Below are positions 1 through 9,684 of a DNA stretch of 64,000 nt, piece by piece (position 1 is the stretch's first letter; every line of letters begins with the position of its first letter). The translations under genes were made by a program, and so were the position numbers. This DNA comes from PVC group bacterium. GTDB taxonomy: Bacteria > Omnitrophota > Gorgyraeia > B26-G9. The notes beneath the pieces are model-generated. The model did not search any database, was not told where the DNA came from, and was given only the letters and a program-made list of their open reading frames with translations. The stretch covers positions 513,210 through 577,209 of the forward strand of contig JAAEQR010000072.1 of assembly GCA_024231215.1 (NCBI GenBank). The letters are read 5' to 3'.

Positions 1-1302
1 CAAAAGACGATAACCAAAGCAGTAGAACTTAACGGAATTGGTTTACATACAGGACAAAAAGTTAATATAAAATTCAAGCCAGCAGAAGAAAACAGCGGTG
101 TTGAATTTGTTCGTATTGACCTTCCCGAGAAACCCCGTATAAAAGCTCACATGTCTAACCTGATAGAGAGGCCGCGTCGTACTTCTATTGGTATGTATGG
201 GGTAGAGATCCACACTATTGAACATGTAATGGCAGCATTAGTCGGCCTGGGCATTGATAATATTACTATAGAAATGGATGCAGAGGAACTGCCTGGATTA
301 GACGGTAGTGCTTTACCTTTCTTGGAAATTTTAAAAAATGCAGGGGTAAAAGAACAACAGTCCGCGCGGATATACTTCCAGCCCAAAGAGCCTTTGTATA
401 TGGAAGAGGGCGATTCGTCGCTGATGATTTTACCGTCTAATGATTTCCGTGTTTCCTACACAATGAGTTATCCTCATCCACTTTTGCAATCGCAATATGC
501 ATCGTTTGGAGTTGATTCTGATGTTTTTGAACAAGAAATTGCGCCTAGCCGGACATTCTGTTTGCAGCAGGAAGCAGAAGAGCTAACTCTACAAGGTCTG
601 GGTAAAGGAGCAAATTACGATAATACGGTGGTTGTGGGTGCAAAAGAGATCGTAAATAATGAATTGCGTTTTGACGATGAGTTTGTAAGACATAAGATTT
701 GTGATCTCATTGGTGATTTATATCTGTTGGGACATCCACTAAAAGGACATGTAGTTGGGATAAAAAGCGGGCATCCCTTGAACATAAAGCTGTTGAAGAA
801 AATAAAGAATTTGCATGACCGTCAAACAGCAGCTGGAATTGGTGCATATGAGGAAGATTTTAAGGATACTCCACCGCTTGATATTAATGAGATTCAGCGC
901 ATTCTTCCGCATCGCTACCCGTTTTTACTGGTAGACAGAATTATAAAGCTGGAAAAAGATAAATATGCAGTAGGTATAAAAAATGTCAGTATTAACGAGA
1001 ATTTTTTTACCGGACATTTCCCGGGAAAGCCGGTAATGCCAGGGGTACTTATTATTGAAGCTATGGCTCAGGTAGCCGGAGTTTTGATATTGAGTAATCG
1101 TGCTAATCTGGGAAAACGTGCATATTTTATGAGTATTGATAGAGTGAAATTTAGAAGAATGGTTCTTCCTGGAGACCAGTTGCATATTGAGGTTTCTGTA
1201 TTAAAGTTGAAGACAAGAACCGGACAAGTATATGCGCGAGCGTTGGTGGAAGATAAATTGGTTTCCGAAGCGCAGCTGATGTTTTCTTTAGGAGATAGAT
1301 GA
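1..1302 (+). CDS. lpxC/fabZ: Bifunctional UDP-3-O-acyl-GlcNAc deacetylase (LpxC) / 3-hydroxyacyl-ACP dehydratase (FabZ) fusion; 5' partial, the frame is open from position 1
   Basis: The frame-1 translation from nt 1 reads QKTITKAVELNGIGLHTG..., which matches the LpxC N-terminus. The middle carries an LpxC core motif (HKICDLIGDL). The C-terminal third is FabZ-like (RYPFLLVDRI...FFTGHFPGKPVMPGVLIIEAMAQ). Confidence 0.9.
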   Translation, partial: QKTITKAVELNGIGLHTGQKVNIKFKPAEENSGVEFVRIDLPEKPRIKAHMSNLIERPRRTSIGMYGVEIHTIEHVMAALVGLGIDNITIEMDAEELPGLDGSALPFLEILKNAGVKEQQSARIYFQPKEPLYMEEGDSSLMILPSNDFRVSYTMSYPHPLLQSQYASFGVDSDVFEQEIAPSRTFCLQQEAEELTLQGLGKGANYDNTVVVGAKEIVNNELRFDDEFVRHKICDLIGDLYLLGHPLKGHVVGIKSGHPLNIKLLKKIKNLHDRQTAAGIGAYEEDFKDTPPLDINEIQRILPHRYPFLLVDRIIKLEKDKYAVGIKNVSINENFFTGHFPGKPVMPGVLIIEAMAQVAGVLILSNRANLGKRAYFMSIDRVKFRRMVLPGDQLHIEVSVLKLKTRTGQVYARALVEDKLVSEAQLMFSLGDR

Positions 1303-1305
1303 AGT

Positions 1306-2094
1306 ATGCGAGGAAGGACAAAAATCCATCCCACTGCTAATGTCCATCCTGATGCCGTACTCAATGATGATGTGGAGATCGGTCCACATAGTATTGTTGG
1401 AGAGGCAGTAACTATTGGGGGCGGGACAAAAATTGGTAGCTCTTGTGTTATCGATGGTCGTACTACAATCGGTAAAAATTGCCAGATTTTTACAGGTGCG
1501 GTTATTGGAAGTATCCCCCAAGATTTAAAATATAAAGGTGAAGATACCGAGGTTTGTATTGGTGATAATAATATAATCCGAGAATATGTTACGATTAATC
1601 TTGGTACAGATGACCATAAGAAGACCATAATCGGTAATAAAAATTTGTTCATGGCTTATTCCCATATAGCCCATGATTGTATTGTAGGTAATGAAAATGT
1701 AATTGCCAATGTGGGAACTTTGGCCGGACATGTGACAGTTACGGATAAGGTGGTCTTAGGCGGGTTGACGGCTGTACATCAATTTGTGAAGCTGGGACAA
1801 ATGTCTATTATTGGCGGATGTTCTAAAGTAGTTCAGGATATACCTCCATTTTCTATGGTTGACGGACACCCCGCGAGAGTATATGGAATTAATAATATTG
1901 GTTTACAACGGGCAAATGTTAGTCAGGAAAGCATTAGTCGGGTGAAGATGGCATTTAAAATTTTATTTAAGATGAAATTATCTATGACTAATGCATTAAA
2001 AAGAGTGGAAAGTGAAATTCCCCAGGATCAATATGTATCTGCGCTTATAGAATTTATAAAATCTTCAGAAAGAGGGGTATGTAAGGGGAATTAA
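1306..2094 (+). CDS. lpxA: UDP-N-acetylglucosamine O-acyltransferase LpxA
   Basis: Left-handed beta-helix hexapeptide repeats. Length (262 aa) and position after lpxC/fabZ fit LpxA. Confidence 0.9.
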   Translation: MRGRTKIHPTANVHPDAVLNDDVEIGPHSIVGEAVTIGGGTKIGSSCVIDGRTTIGKNCQIFTGAVIGSIPQDLKYKGEDTEVCIGDNNIIREYVTINLGTDDHKKTIIGNKNLFMAYSHIAHDCIVGNENVIANVGTLAGHVTVTDKVVLGGLTAVHQFVKLGQMSIIGGCSKVVQDIPPFSMVDGHPARVYGINNIGLQRANVSQESISRVKMAFKILFKMKLSMTNALKRVESEIPQDQYVSALIEFIKSSERGVCKGN

Positions 2095-2111
2095 AGAGAA
2101 GGATTGATATT

Positions 2112-2912
2112 ATGGAAAAGATTGGACTTATTGCGGGGAACGGAGAGTTCCCTTTACTATTTGCCAAGGGTGCTAAAGCAGCTGGTATTTCGGTTTTAGC
2201 GATTGGGATAAAAGAAGAAACAAGCAAAGAATTGGAAAATTTAGTTGATTCAATACATTGGATTAGTGTTGGGCAATTAAAAACGCTTATTGATATTTTT
2301 AAAAAAGAAGAGATTAAAAAAGCTGTTATGGCTGGACAGATAAGACATAAGCTTTTGTTTAGCGATATCGAATTGGATGAAGAATTAAAAACGCTTCTTT
2401 TACAGCTTAAAGATAAAAAGACAGATACTATTCTGGGAGCAGTTGCGCTAAGACTCAAACAGCTGGGCATAGAACTGATAGACTCTTCCACATTCCTTAA
2501 AGATTACTTGCCTGAAAAAGGGATTTTAACTCAGACTAAACCTACAGAACACCAATGGCAAGATGTTAGCTTTGGGCTTGAAATAGCAAAGACTATTGCG
2601 GGTTTGGATATTGGGCAAAGCGTAGTGGTAAAAGATAAGGTTGTTTTAGCTGTAGAGGCGATCGAAGGAACAGACGAGGCTATCTCCCGCGGTAATTTAC
2701 TGTGTAAAGGTGGTGCTGTAGCTGTAAAAGTTAGTAAGCCAAACCAGGATATGCGTTTTGATATTCCTCTAATCGGAAAAAGGACTATAGAGACTTTAAT
2801 TAATACTAAAACTGCGGTATTAGCTATTGAGGCCGGCAAGACATTATTTTTAGATAGAGAACATGTATTGAAACTGGCAGATAAACATGGAATTTCTATT
2901 GTAGCTGTATGA
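2112..2912 (+). CDS. lpxI: UDP-2,3-diacylglucosamine hydrolase LpxI (DUF1009 family)
   Basis: The N-terminus MEKIGLIAGNGEFPLL is typical of LpxI. The gene sits in the lpxA-lpxI position. Confidence 0.75.
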   Translation: MEKIGLIAGNGEFPLLFAKGAKAAGISVLAIGIKEETSKELENLVDSIHWISVGQLKTLIDIFKKEEIKKAVMAGQIRHKLLFSDIELDEELKTLLLQLKDKKTDTILGAVALRLKQLGIELIDSSTFLKDYLPEKGILTQTKPTEHQWQDVSFGLEIAKTIAGLDIGQSVVVKDKVVLAVEAIEGTDEAISRGNLLCKGGAVAVKVSKPNQDMRFDIPLIGKRTIETLINTKTAVLAIEAGKTLFLDREHVLKLADKHGISIVAV

Positions 2913-2957
2913 TATGTTTATAAGTTTTACTTAAAGCTTAGGATATTATTTGTAGGT

Positions 2958-3033
2958 GCCCACGTAGCTCAGTTGGTAGAGCGAGGCTTTCGTAAAGCTT
3001 AGGTCGGGGGTTCAATTCCTCTCGTGGGCTCCA
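2958..3033 (+). tRNA. tRNA-Thr (anticodon CGT), CCA encoded
   Basis: Cloverleaf: acceptor stem GCCCACG/CGTGGGC; D-arm GCTCAGTTGGTAGAGC; anticodon stem AGGCT/AGCTT with loop TTCGTAA; T-arm GGTTCAATTCC. Confidence 0.85.
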
Positions 3034-3064
3034 AATGTTTTTCTCCGAAACAAGGAGACTGTTT

Positions 3065-4306
3065 GTGATTAAATTTAGTGATGTTTTAAAAGAAAAGAAC
3101 TTCTTTTGTTTCTGGCTGGGACAGGTAATTTCTCAGTTTGGCGATCGTTTAAACCAAATGGCCTTGATTGCATTGGCATACCAGCGCTTAGGTGGTTCAG
3201 CTTTTGGCCTGGCCAAAGTAATGTCATTTACGATAATTCCCTCATTTATATTAAGTCCGATTGCCGGAGTGTTTGTAGATCGCTGGAATCGTAAATATAC
3301 AATGGTTGCCACGGATATAATACGTGCTGTTCTTGTATTACTAATTCCGTTGTTTTTAATGGATTCTGATTCACTAGTTCCGGTGTATATTGTTGTTTTT
3401 TTAGTGTTTTCGACAAGTTGTTTTTTCTTGCCTTCAAAATTTTCTATTATCCCGGAACTTGTTTCTAAAGAAAAACTCCTGATCGCTAATTCCTTAACAA
3501 ATACTACGATGATGTTGGCTGCAGTTTTAGGTGTCGGGATAGGAGGCGTGTTGATCGAAGCGGTTGGCGCCAAAGGTGGGTTTTATATAGATGCGTTTAC
3601 CTTTTTACTTTCGGCTATTTTATTATGTTGTGTTGTGGAAAAGAACAAACAAGTTTGTAAAAAAGTCGATGCCGAAGAGATATCCAGAGTTATTAGGAAG
3701 TCAGTTTTTGGAGATATCAAAGATGGCCTAAAATATGTAGTTGCTCATCCGTATATTAGATTTATTTTCGTAACTGTATTTTTACTTATGTCTGCCGCCG
3801 GAGCTCTTTATATTGTAGGGATTGTTTTTATCCAGCAGGCATTTCATTCTATAACAAAAGATTTAGGATTTCTATCGGTTTTCATCGGGATAGGTTTTGT
3901 CCTCGGGGCTCTTTTGTGCGGACGTTACGGGAATAAAATATCTAAAGTGCGGATAATCTTTTTAAGTCTAATTTCAAGCGGAATAGCTATAGGCGTTTTT
4001 GCTCTCTGTCTAAAAAGGTATCCTTCACTGGCTTTGGCTGCTGTTTTAGCGGTCTTTATGGGCATAAGTTCTGGCCCTATCTTTATTTCCAGCAATACAC
4101 TTATCCATGAGGTCATAAAATCTGAGATGAGAGGTCGGATTTTCAGTTCCTTGGGAATTGTTATGAACTTAGGATTCCTGATTTCTATGTTTATAGCCTC
4201 AAAATTGTCGGAATTTTCTAACCCATTATGGGTCATTTTAGCTGTTTCCGGAGGGTTGATTTTTTACGGTTTTTATGGCTTACTGACGTTTAATATTAAG
4301 AGGTGA
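3065..4306 (+). CDS. MFS transporter with 12 predicted transmembrane segments; it may be a lysophospholipid-type transporter
   Basis: Hydrophobic MFS-like protein. The likely start is a GTG at about 3065 behind the RBS AAGGAGA, because the ORF-track start at 3035 abuts the tRNA. Confidence 0.7.
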   Translation: MIKFSDVLKEKNFFCFWLGQVISQFGDRLNQMALIALAYQRLGGSAFGLAKVMSFTIIPSFILSPIAGVFVDRWNRKYTMVATDIIRAVLVLLIPLFLMDSDSLVPVYIVVFLVFSTSCFFLPSKFSIIPELVSKEKLLIANSLTNTTMMLAAVLGVGIGGVLIEAVGAKGGFYIDAFTFLLSAILLCCVVEKNKQVCKKVDAEEISRVIRKSVFGDIKDGLKYVVAHPYIRFIFVTVFLLMSAAGALYIVGIVFIQQAFHSITKDLGFLSVFIGIGFVLGALLCGRYGNKISKVRIIFLSLISSGIAIGVFALCLKRYPSLALAAVLAVFMGISSGPIFISSNTLIHEVIKSEMRGRIFSSLGIVMNLGFLISMFIASKLSEFSNPLWVILAVSGGLIFYGFYGLLTFNIKR

Positions 4307-4313
4307 GAAGCCT

Positions 4314-4342
4314 TTGACACAGAGATAAGTTTATGTTAATAT
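4314..4342 (+). promoter_or_regulatory. Sigma70-like promoter TTGACA-N17-TAATAT upstream of accD
   Basis: Hexamers read directly from the sequence. Confidence 0.45.
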
Positions 4343-4400
4343 ATTTAACATTATATAGATAGATAAGTCTATATAAAATAAGAGATAAGCGGTAATTAAT

Positions 4401-5234
4401 ATGTTTGGTAAACCAAAATATACAATTGTAAAAATCAAGAAAAAAGATATGCCCGGAGGTTTATGTTCTAAATGTGATGGGTGTGGGCAGATACTTTTTA
4501 ATAAGCAATTACATGAAAATGTGAATATATGTCCTAAGTGTGATCATCATTTTGTAATGACTGCCAGGGAGCGGGTAGGATTGCTTATTAATGAAGATAG
4601 TTTTGAAGAATTTGATCCGGAATTAAAGCCGAAAGACATTATTGACTTTAAAGGGCCTAAGACCTATAAAGAAAAAATTAAGCAGGATCAGAAGAGGACT
4701 GGATTAATTGACGCGGTTATTACCGGTAAGGGCAAGTTGGAAAAGCAGGATGTTGTGCTTGCGGTAACCGACTCACGGTTTATTATGGGGTCAATGGGTT
4801 CTGTAGTTGGAGAAAAGATAACCAGAGCAATAGAATATGCTACAGCTAATAAGCTGCCGGTTATTATTGTGTCTGGATCAGGCGGTGGAGCGCGTATGTA
4901 TGAAGGGATGTTCAGTCTTATGCAGATGGCGAAAACATCAGCTGCGTTGGCGAAGCATAAAAATAAGAGTTTGTTATATGTTTCAGTGCTTACTAATCCA
5001 ACGATGGCTGGAATTATGGCTAGTTTTGCTAGTTTGGGGGATGTTATCATGGCTGAACCTAAGGCCTTGATCGGATTTACCGGTCCTAGAGTTATTGAGC
5101 AGACGATCAGACAGAAATTACCGCCGGGATTCCAGAGGTCAGAGTTTTTGCTTGAACATGGACATATAGATCTTATAGTGCATAGAAGGCAGATGAAAAC
5201 TCTGCTGAATCAATTAATAGAGTATTTATCGTAA
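4401..5234 (+). CDS. accD: Acetyl-CoA carboxylase carboxyltransferase beta subunit
   Basis: N-terminal zinc ribbon (CSKCDGCG...CPKCDHH) followed by a carboxyltransferase domain. Confidence 0.9.
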   Translation: MFGKPKYTIVKIKKKDMPGGLCSKCDGCGQILFNKQLHENVNICPKCDHHFVMTARERVGLLINEDSFEEFDPELKPKDIIDFKGPKTYKEKIKQDQKRTGLIDAVITGKGKLEKQDVVLAVTDSRFIMGSMGSVVGEKITRAIEYATANKLPVIIVSGSGGGARMYEGMFSLMQMAKTSAALAKHKNKSLLYVSVLTNPTMAGIMASFASLGDVIMAEPKALIGFTGPRVIEQTIRQKLPPGFQRSEFLLEHGHIDLIVHRRQMKTLLNQLIEYLS

Positions 5235-5253
5235 CTTTAAAGGAAGAGATATC

Positions 5254-6237
5254 ATGGCAAAACCCAAATATGGCATTGGTGTTGATTTTGGCGGTACATA
5301 TGTAAAATTAGCATTAGTTCGTTTTACTGATAGAGGTCTTAAAATTGACGGCTATTCTAAATTCCAAACTTGTGATTATAATCGGGACGAAGTAATAGAA
5401 CAATTGGTTATAAGGATTATAAAACTCAAAGCAGAAAGCACGTATAAAGGTAATGAGGTTAAGGGCGTGGGGATAGGTATGCCGGGAAGAGTTGATTTTA
5501 ATAAAGGGGTTGTTTGTGACCTGACAAATGTGCCTGGATGGAAGAACGTGCCGTTGAAAGATATCTTGGAAAAGAAGATAAAAATACCTGTGTTGATTGA
5601 TAATGATGCTAATTTAATGGCGTTGGCAGAAAGTAAATACGGGGCAGCCAAAGGGTATCAGAATTGTGTGTGTGTGACTTTAGGCACTGGTATTGGCGGT
5701 GGGATAATCTTAGGGGGTAAAGTTTATCGTGGTGGTAGTTTTGCGGCTGGAGAAATAGGTCATATGACTATAAATGAGAACGGTCCTTTATGTGCCTGCG
5801 GTAACCGGGGATGTGCTGAACGTTATGCCGGAAACCGGTATATATTAGAAGAAGCTATAAAAAGATTGCGTGGGGGTGCAAGGAGCAGTCTAAAGGACAA
5901 AATTCAGGGCAAATACTCGAATTTGACGCTGGAAATGGTTGCAGCGGCCGCACGGAAAAAAGATGCATTTTCAATGATTTTATGGCAGGAGATTGGAGCA
6001 CATGTAGGAGTTGTTTTAGCGGATGTTGTTAATCTATTAAATCCTGATATTATTGTTTTAGGCGGTGGAGTTGCCAATGCCGGAACGCTTATTCTTGATC
6101 CGATAAGAAAGACGATAAAAGAGAGAGCATTTAAAGTTTCACGGCAAAACTTACGTGTAGGTCTATCTAAGTTTAAACACAAGGCCGGAATTATTGGTGC
6201 GGCAGCGATAGGGGTCACAGGTAAGGAGAATCAGTGA
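5254..6237 (+). CDS. ROK-family sugar kinase (glucokinase / N-acetylglucosamine kinase type)
   Basis: DFGGT N-terminus and the ROK zinc motif CACGNRGCAE. Confidence 0.8.
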   Translation: MAKPKYGIGVDFGGTYVKLALVRFTDRGLKIDGYSKFQTCDYNRDEVIEQLVIRIIKLKAESTYKGNEVKGVGIGMPGRVDFNKGVVCDLTNVPGWKNVPLKDILEKKIKIPVLIDNDANLMALAESKYGAAKGYQNCVCVTLGTGIGGGIILGGKVYRGGSFAAGEIGHMTINENGPLCACGNRGCAERYAGNRYILEEAIKRLRGGARSSLKDKIQGKYSNLTLEMVAAAARKKDAFSMILWQEIGAHVGVVLADVVNLLNPDIIVLGGGVANAGTLILDPIRKTIKERAFKVSRQNLRVGLSKFKHKAGIIGAAAIGVTGKENQ

Positions 6238-7193
6238 AAATCCTGATAACCGGTGGTGCTGGTTTTATTGGTTCGCATCTTGCTGAATACTTGTTGGATC
6301 AGAATCATGAGGTTATCGTTGTTGATAATCTAAGTACTGGAAGTATCGAAAACATTGCTCATTTAACAGAATACGATAATTTTGAGTTTTATGAAGGTAG
6401 TATTCTGAATTATAAGTTGATGCTTAGGCTTGTAACCTCCTGTGAATGTATTTATCATCTTGCTGCGGCTGTAGGTGTGAAATATGTTGTGGAACATCCG
6501 CTCGATTCTTTGATTGTCAATGTCAGAGGAACAGAGATAGTTCTTGATCTTGCCAATGTGTTCAGGAAGAAAGTATTTTTAGCTTCATCTTCGGAGGTTT
6601 ATGGAAAAAACGGTACCCGCCCTTTTCAGGAAAATGATGATCGGATATTAGGTTCGATTGCTGTCTCCCGGTGGGGATATTCTTGTTCTAAGGCATTTGA
6701 TGAATTCTTAGCGGCTGCTTATTATAAAAGCAGCAAACTTGATGTTGTAATCGGTCGTTTATTTAATGTTTGTGGTCCCAAGCAAAAGGGGATATACGGG
6801 ATGGTTATTCCCCGGTTTATCCAGCAAGCGCTGAATAATCAACCGATAACTGTTTACGGTGAAGGTACCCAGATACGTTCATTTACATACATTACGGATG
6901 CTATAACCGCAATAGAAAAGCTGATGTCTGATTCTCAGGCAAAAGGCGAAGTATTTAACATTGGTAGTCCTGAATCGATATCAATAATGGAACTTGCCGA
7001 AAAGATAAAAGAACTTTGTCAAAGTGATTCTGAAATTATAACTGTTCCTTATGAAGAGGTATATGAGGGGGATTTTGAAGATATGTTGTATCGTCTGCCA
7101 GATATCTCTAAACTCAAAGCGGTTACAGGATTTAACCCGGAAGTTAGTCTTGAAGAAATGCTTAAAAAAATTACTAAGGAATATACCGAGTAG
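6234..7193 (+). CDS. NAD-dependent nucleotide-sugar epimerase/dehydratase (UDP-glucuronate decarboxylase / UDP-glucose 4-epimerase family)
   Basis: N-terminal GGAGFIGSHL Rossmann motif and an SDR-extended fold. Confidence 0.85.
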   Translation: MKILITGGAGFIGSHLAEYLLDQNHEVIVVDNLSTGSIENIAHLTEYDNFEFYEGSILNYKLMLRLVTSCECIYHLAAAVGVKYVVEHPLDSLIVNVRGTEIVLDLANVFRKKVFLASSSEVYGKNGTRPFQENDDRILGSIAVSRWGYSCSKAFDEFLAAAYYKSSKLDVVIGRLFNVCGPKQKGIYGMVIPRFIQQALNNQPITVYGEGTQIRSFTYITDAITAIEKLMSDSQAKGEVFNIGSPESISIMELAEKIKELCQSDSEIITVPYEEVYEGDFEDMLYRLPDISKLKAVTGFNPEVSLEEMLKKITKEYTE

Positions 7194-7216
7194 TCGAATA
7201 TATTTCACGGAAAAAA

Positions 7217-9658
7217 ATGAAATCCTTTTTTAAAACACTCTTCTTTTTTTTATTTATAGTATATTGTAGTCATTCCAGTCTTTTCTCCGATACTGCTTTT
7301 TGCGCGGATAATTCTGTCGGAGATTCGTCTATAGTAAAAACATCTTCTCATGGTAAGCCTGTTGTCGTTGATGCCGATGAGGTAGAATATCAGGATGTAG
7401 ACAATGTGATTATCGGCAAAGGGAATGTAAAAATAAATTATGAAGATATGAGGCTTTTCTGTGATGACATCACCGTAAATATGAATAGCAAAGATTCCGT
7501 CGCAATTGGTAACATAATTTTATATTATGGGCAGATAAAGATGACCGGAGAGAAGTTAATTTATAATTTTGGTAATAAACAGGGATATTTGCTGGCTTAT
7601 CGGGACGAGAACAATCCCAATCCTATCAAAAAACTCGAAATAACTCAGAATGATCAAAAGATATATGCAGAGCGTGTAGATTTTAATTTAGAGACGCGAA
7701 ACGCTTTAGTTCAGGCAGAGGTGGAGTTTCACCAAAACTCAGCTAAGATTACCGGGCAGAATCTTAATTATGATTTTAACGCAGAAAAGGGATATTTTAA
7801 TAACGCTAAGTTAGAAGAGCTTCCCTGGTATGGTAAATCTGAACATGCAGAACGAATAAATAAAGATCAGATCAATCTGAAGCGAACGCATTTTACTACG
7901 TGTGAGCGTGAGCATCCCCACTATCGGATGCAGGCTAAAACAGTTTACTATTATCCGGGTGATAAAATTATCGCTAAGAATGTATTACTATTTGTCGGGA
8001 ATGCTCCGGTAATGTATTTCCCTTACTGGAAACAGTCGCTTAAAAACGGCAAGGCTAATTTTTCAATAAGTGCCGGCACCAGAAGCGGTTGGGGGTGGTT
8101 TGTTTTTACTACCTGGAGACAATATGTTAATGAAAATGTTGAGGCTCGAATCCATCTTGACCAAAGAGAATTAAAGGGCTTTGCCAGTGGTGTGGATTTA
8201 AACTATAAAAGCCAGGATTTTGGTGAGGGTAGCATAAAAACTTATTATACAAATCAAAGAGATAATTATATTAAACATAGACATGATGAATATGTGTCAA
8301 ATAATAAGTTGGATGAATATATTAACAACTCTCAGGAGTGGGAGCGCTATAGAGGAGAAATTAAACATCGTTGGCAAATAGATCAGTCGACACTTGCTTT
8401 ATTTGAATATAACAAGATGAGTGATATAAATTTTATTAAAGAATATCTTTACCGGGAATACGAAGATGATGTTCAGCCGGTTTCAGAGACGTCTTTGACT
8501 CATTCTACTCCGGTCTATAATTATAGTTTTTATGCTCGTAAGCGTACTAATCGTTTCTATTCTGAAATAGAAAGGCTTCCTGAGGTAATGCTTAATGTGA
8601 ATAGTTTAGAGATGGCTGAAAGTGGTTTTTACTATAGGAATGAACTGGCTGCGACTAATTTAAATAGAAAGACAGCAAATAGTATTGAGGATACTGATGT
8701 TAATAGATTGGATGCTTATAATGAATTTAAATATCCTACAAAGTTGCCGGGAAAATTAGATTGGATAAACTTTGCGCCGTATGTAGGAAATCGGCAGACA
8801 TATTATTCAAAAGATAGAAATGGAGAATTAGAAGACTTAATTAGAGGAATTCATTATTTTGGTGCGGATATGAACACTACATTCTTTCGTATGTCTAATT
8901 TTTCGGCGAATTTATTAGGGATTGAATTTAATCGATTAAGACATGTAGTAACTCCCAGCGTGAAATATACCTATATCCATACTCCAACGATTCCGGGAGA
9001 GAAACTGGGAGTATTTGACGATATAGATTCTATTACAAAAAAGAACTTTTTTACATTTGGCCTGGAAAATCACTTGCAGACAAAATGGAGGCAATCCGGC
9101 AGTGCTGATATGGAAAATGTAGATTTAGTCTATTTTTACCCTCATGTAGATTATTTTAATCGGGTTGATCCGGGACAAAGGCATTTTTCAAATATTCAGG
9201 CAGATTTAGATTTATATCCATATCGTTGGTTGGATATGCAGTCGGATTTAGCCTATAACCAGTATCAGAGACGTTTTCAGACCGCAAATATTGATATCTG
9301 GGCACACGGCGGCAAAAAGTGGTCTGTAGGCCTGGGAAAACGTTATGAGCGTGATGTTAATGAGCAGATGACCTCAGATATCTATTATGAGATTAATCGT
9401 CTATGGCAGGCACGGGTCTATGGGCGGTATCAGTCATATATTGATCGTTTTCAGGAGTTGCAATATACTGTTTATCGTGATTTGCACTGTTGGCTGCTTG
9501 AGATGACCTATGACATGAAACTGAATGAGGATGGTTCTACTCGTGAGCGTACATTTTGGCTTATATTTCGTTTAAAAGCATTTCCGGATGAAACTCCGAT
9601 TCAATTGAACGTAGGTTATGAAAGAGCGCAGAGAATGCGTGGAAGTGATAAATATTAA
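7217..9658 (+). CDS. lptD: LPS-assembly outer-membrane protein LptD (OstA family)
   Basis: Signal peptide, an OstA-like N-terminal domain and a large aromatic-rich beta-barrel C-terminal region. It lies in LPS-gene context. Confidence 0.7.
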   Translation: MKSFFKTLFFFLFIVYCSHSSLFSDTAFCADNSVGDSSIVKTSSHGKPVVVDADEVEYQDVDNVIIGKGNVKINYEDMRLFCDDITVNMNSKDSVAIGNIILYYGQIKMTGEKLIYNFGNKQGYLLAYRDENNPNPIKKLEITQNDQKIYAERVDFNLETRNALVQAEVEFHQNSAKITGQNLNYDFNAEKGYFNNAKLEELPWYGKSEHAERINKDQINLKRTHFTTCEREHPHYRMQAKTVYYYPGDKIIAKNVLLFVGNAPVMYFPYWKQSLKNGKANFSISAGTRSGWGWFVFTTWRQYVNENVEARIHLDQRELKGFASGVDLNYKSQDFGEGSIKTYYTNQRDNYIKHRHDEYVSNNKLDEYINNSQEWERYRGEIKHRWQIDQSTLALFEYNKMSDINFIKEYLYREYEDDVQPVSETSLTHSTPVYNYSFYARKRTNRFYSEIERLPEVMLNVNSLEMAESGFYYRNELAATNLNRKTANSIEDTDVNRLDAYNEFKYPTKLPGKLDWINFAPYVGNRQTYYSKDRNGELEDLIRGIHYFGADMNTTFFRMSNFSANLLGIEFNRLRHVVTPSVKYTYIHTPTIPGEKLGVFDDIDSITKKNFFTFGLENHLQTKWRQSGSADMENVDLVYFYPHVDYFNRVDPGQRHFSNIQADLDLYPYRWLDMQSDLAYNQYQRRFQTANIDIWAHGGKKWSVGLGKRYERDVNEQMTSDIYYEINRLWQARVYGRYQSYIDRFQELQYTVYRDLHCWLLEMTYDMKLNEDGSTRERTFWLIFRLKAFPDETPIQLNVGYERAQRMRGSDKY

Positions 9659-9684
9659 CTAATAGGTTTTTCAGAGAGGATAAG

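Noticed and set aside
1068-1652. Minus-strand 194-aa ORF, plus many similar minus-strand ORFs of 60-160 aa across the window
   Set aside because: All are embedded antisense in well-supported + strand genes (lpxC/fabZ, lpxA, RND permeases, metH and others). They have no RBS and their translations are low-complexity.
3106-3294. Small + strand ORFs inside the MFS transporter (3106..3294) and accD (4837..5070)
   Set aside because: They are alternative frames of confidently assigned genes and show no independent signals.
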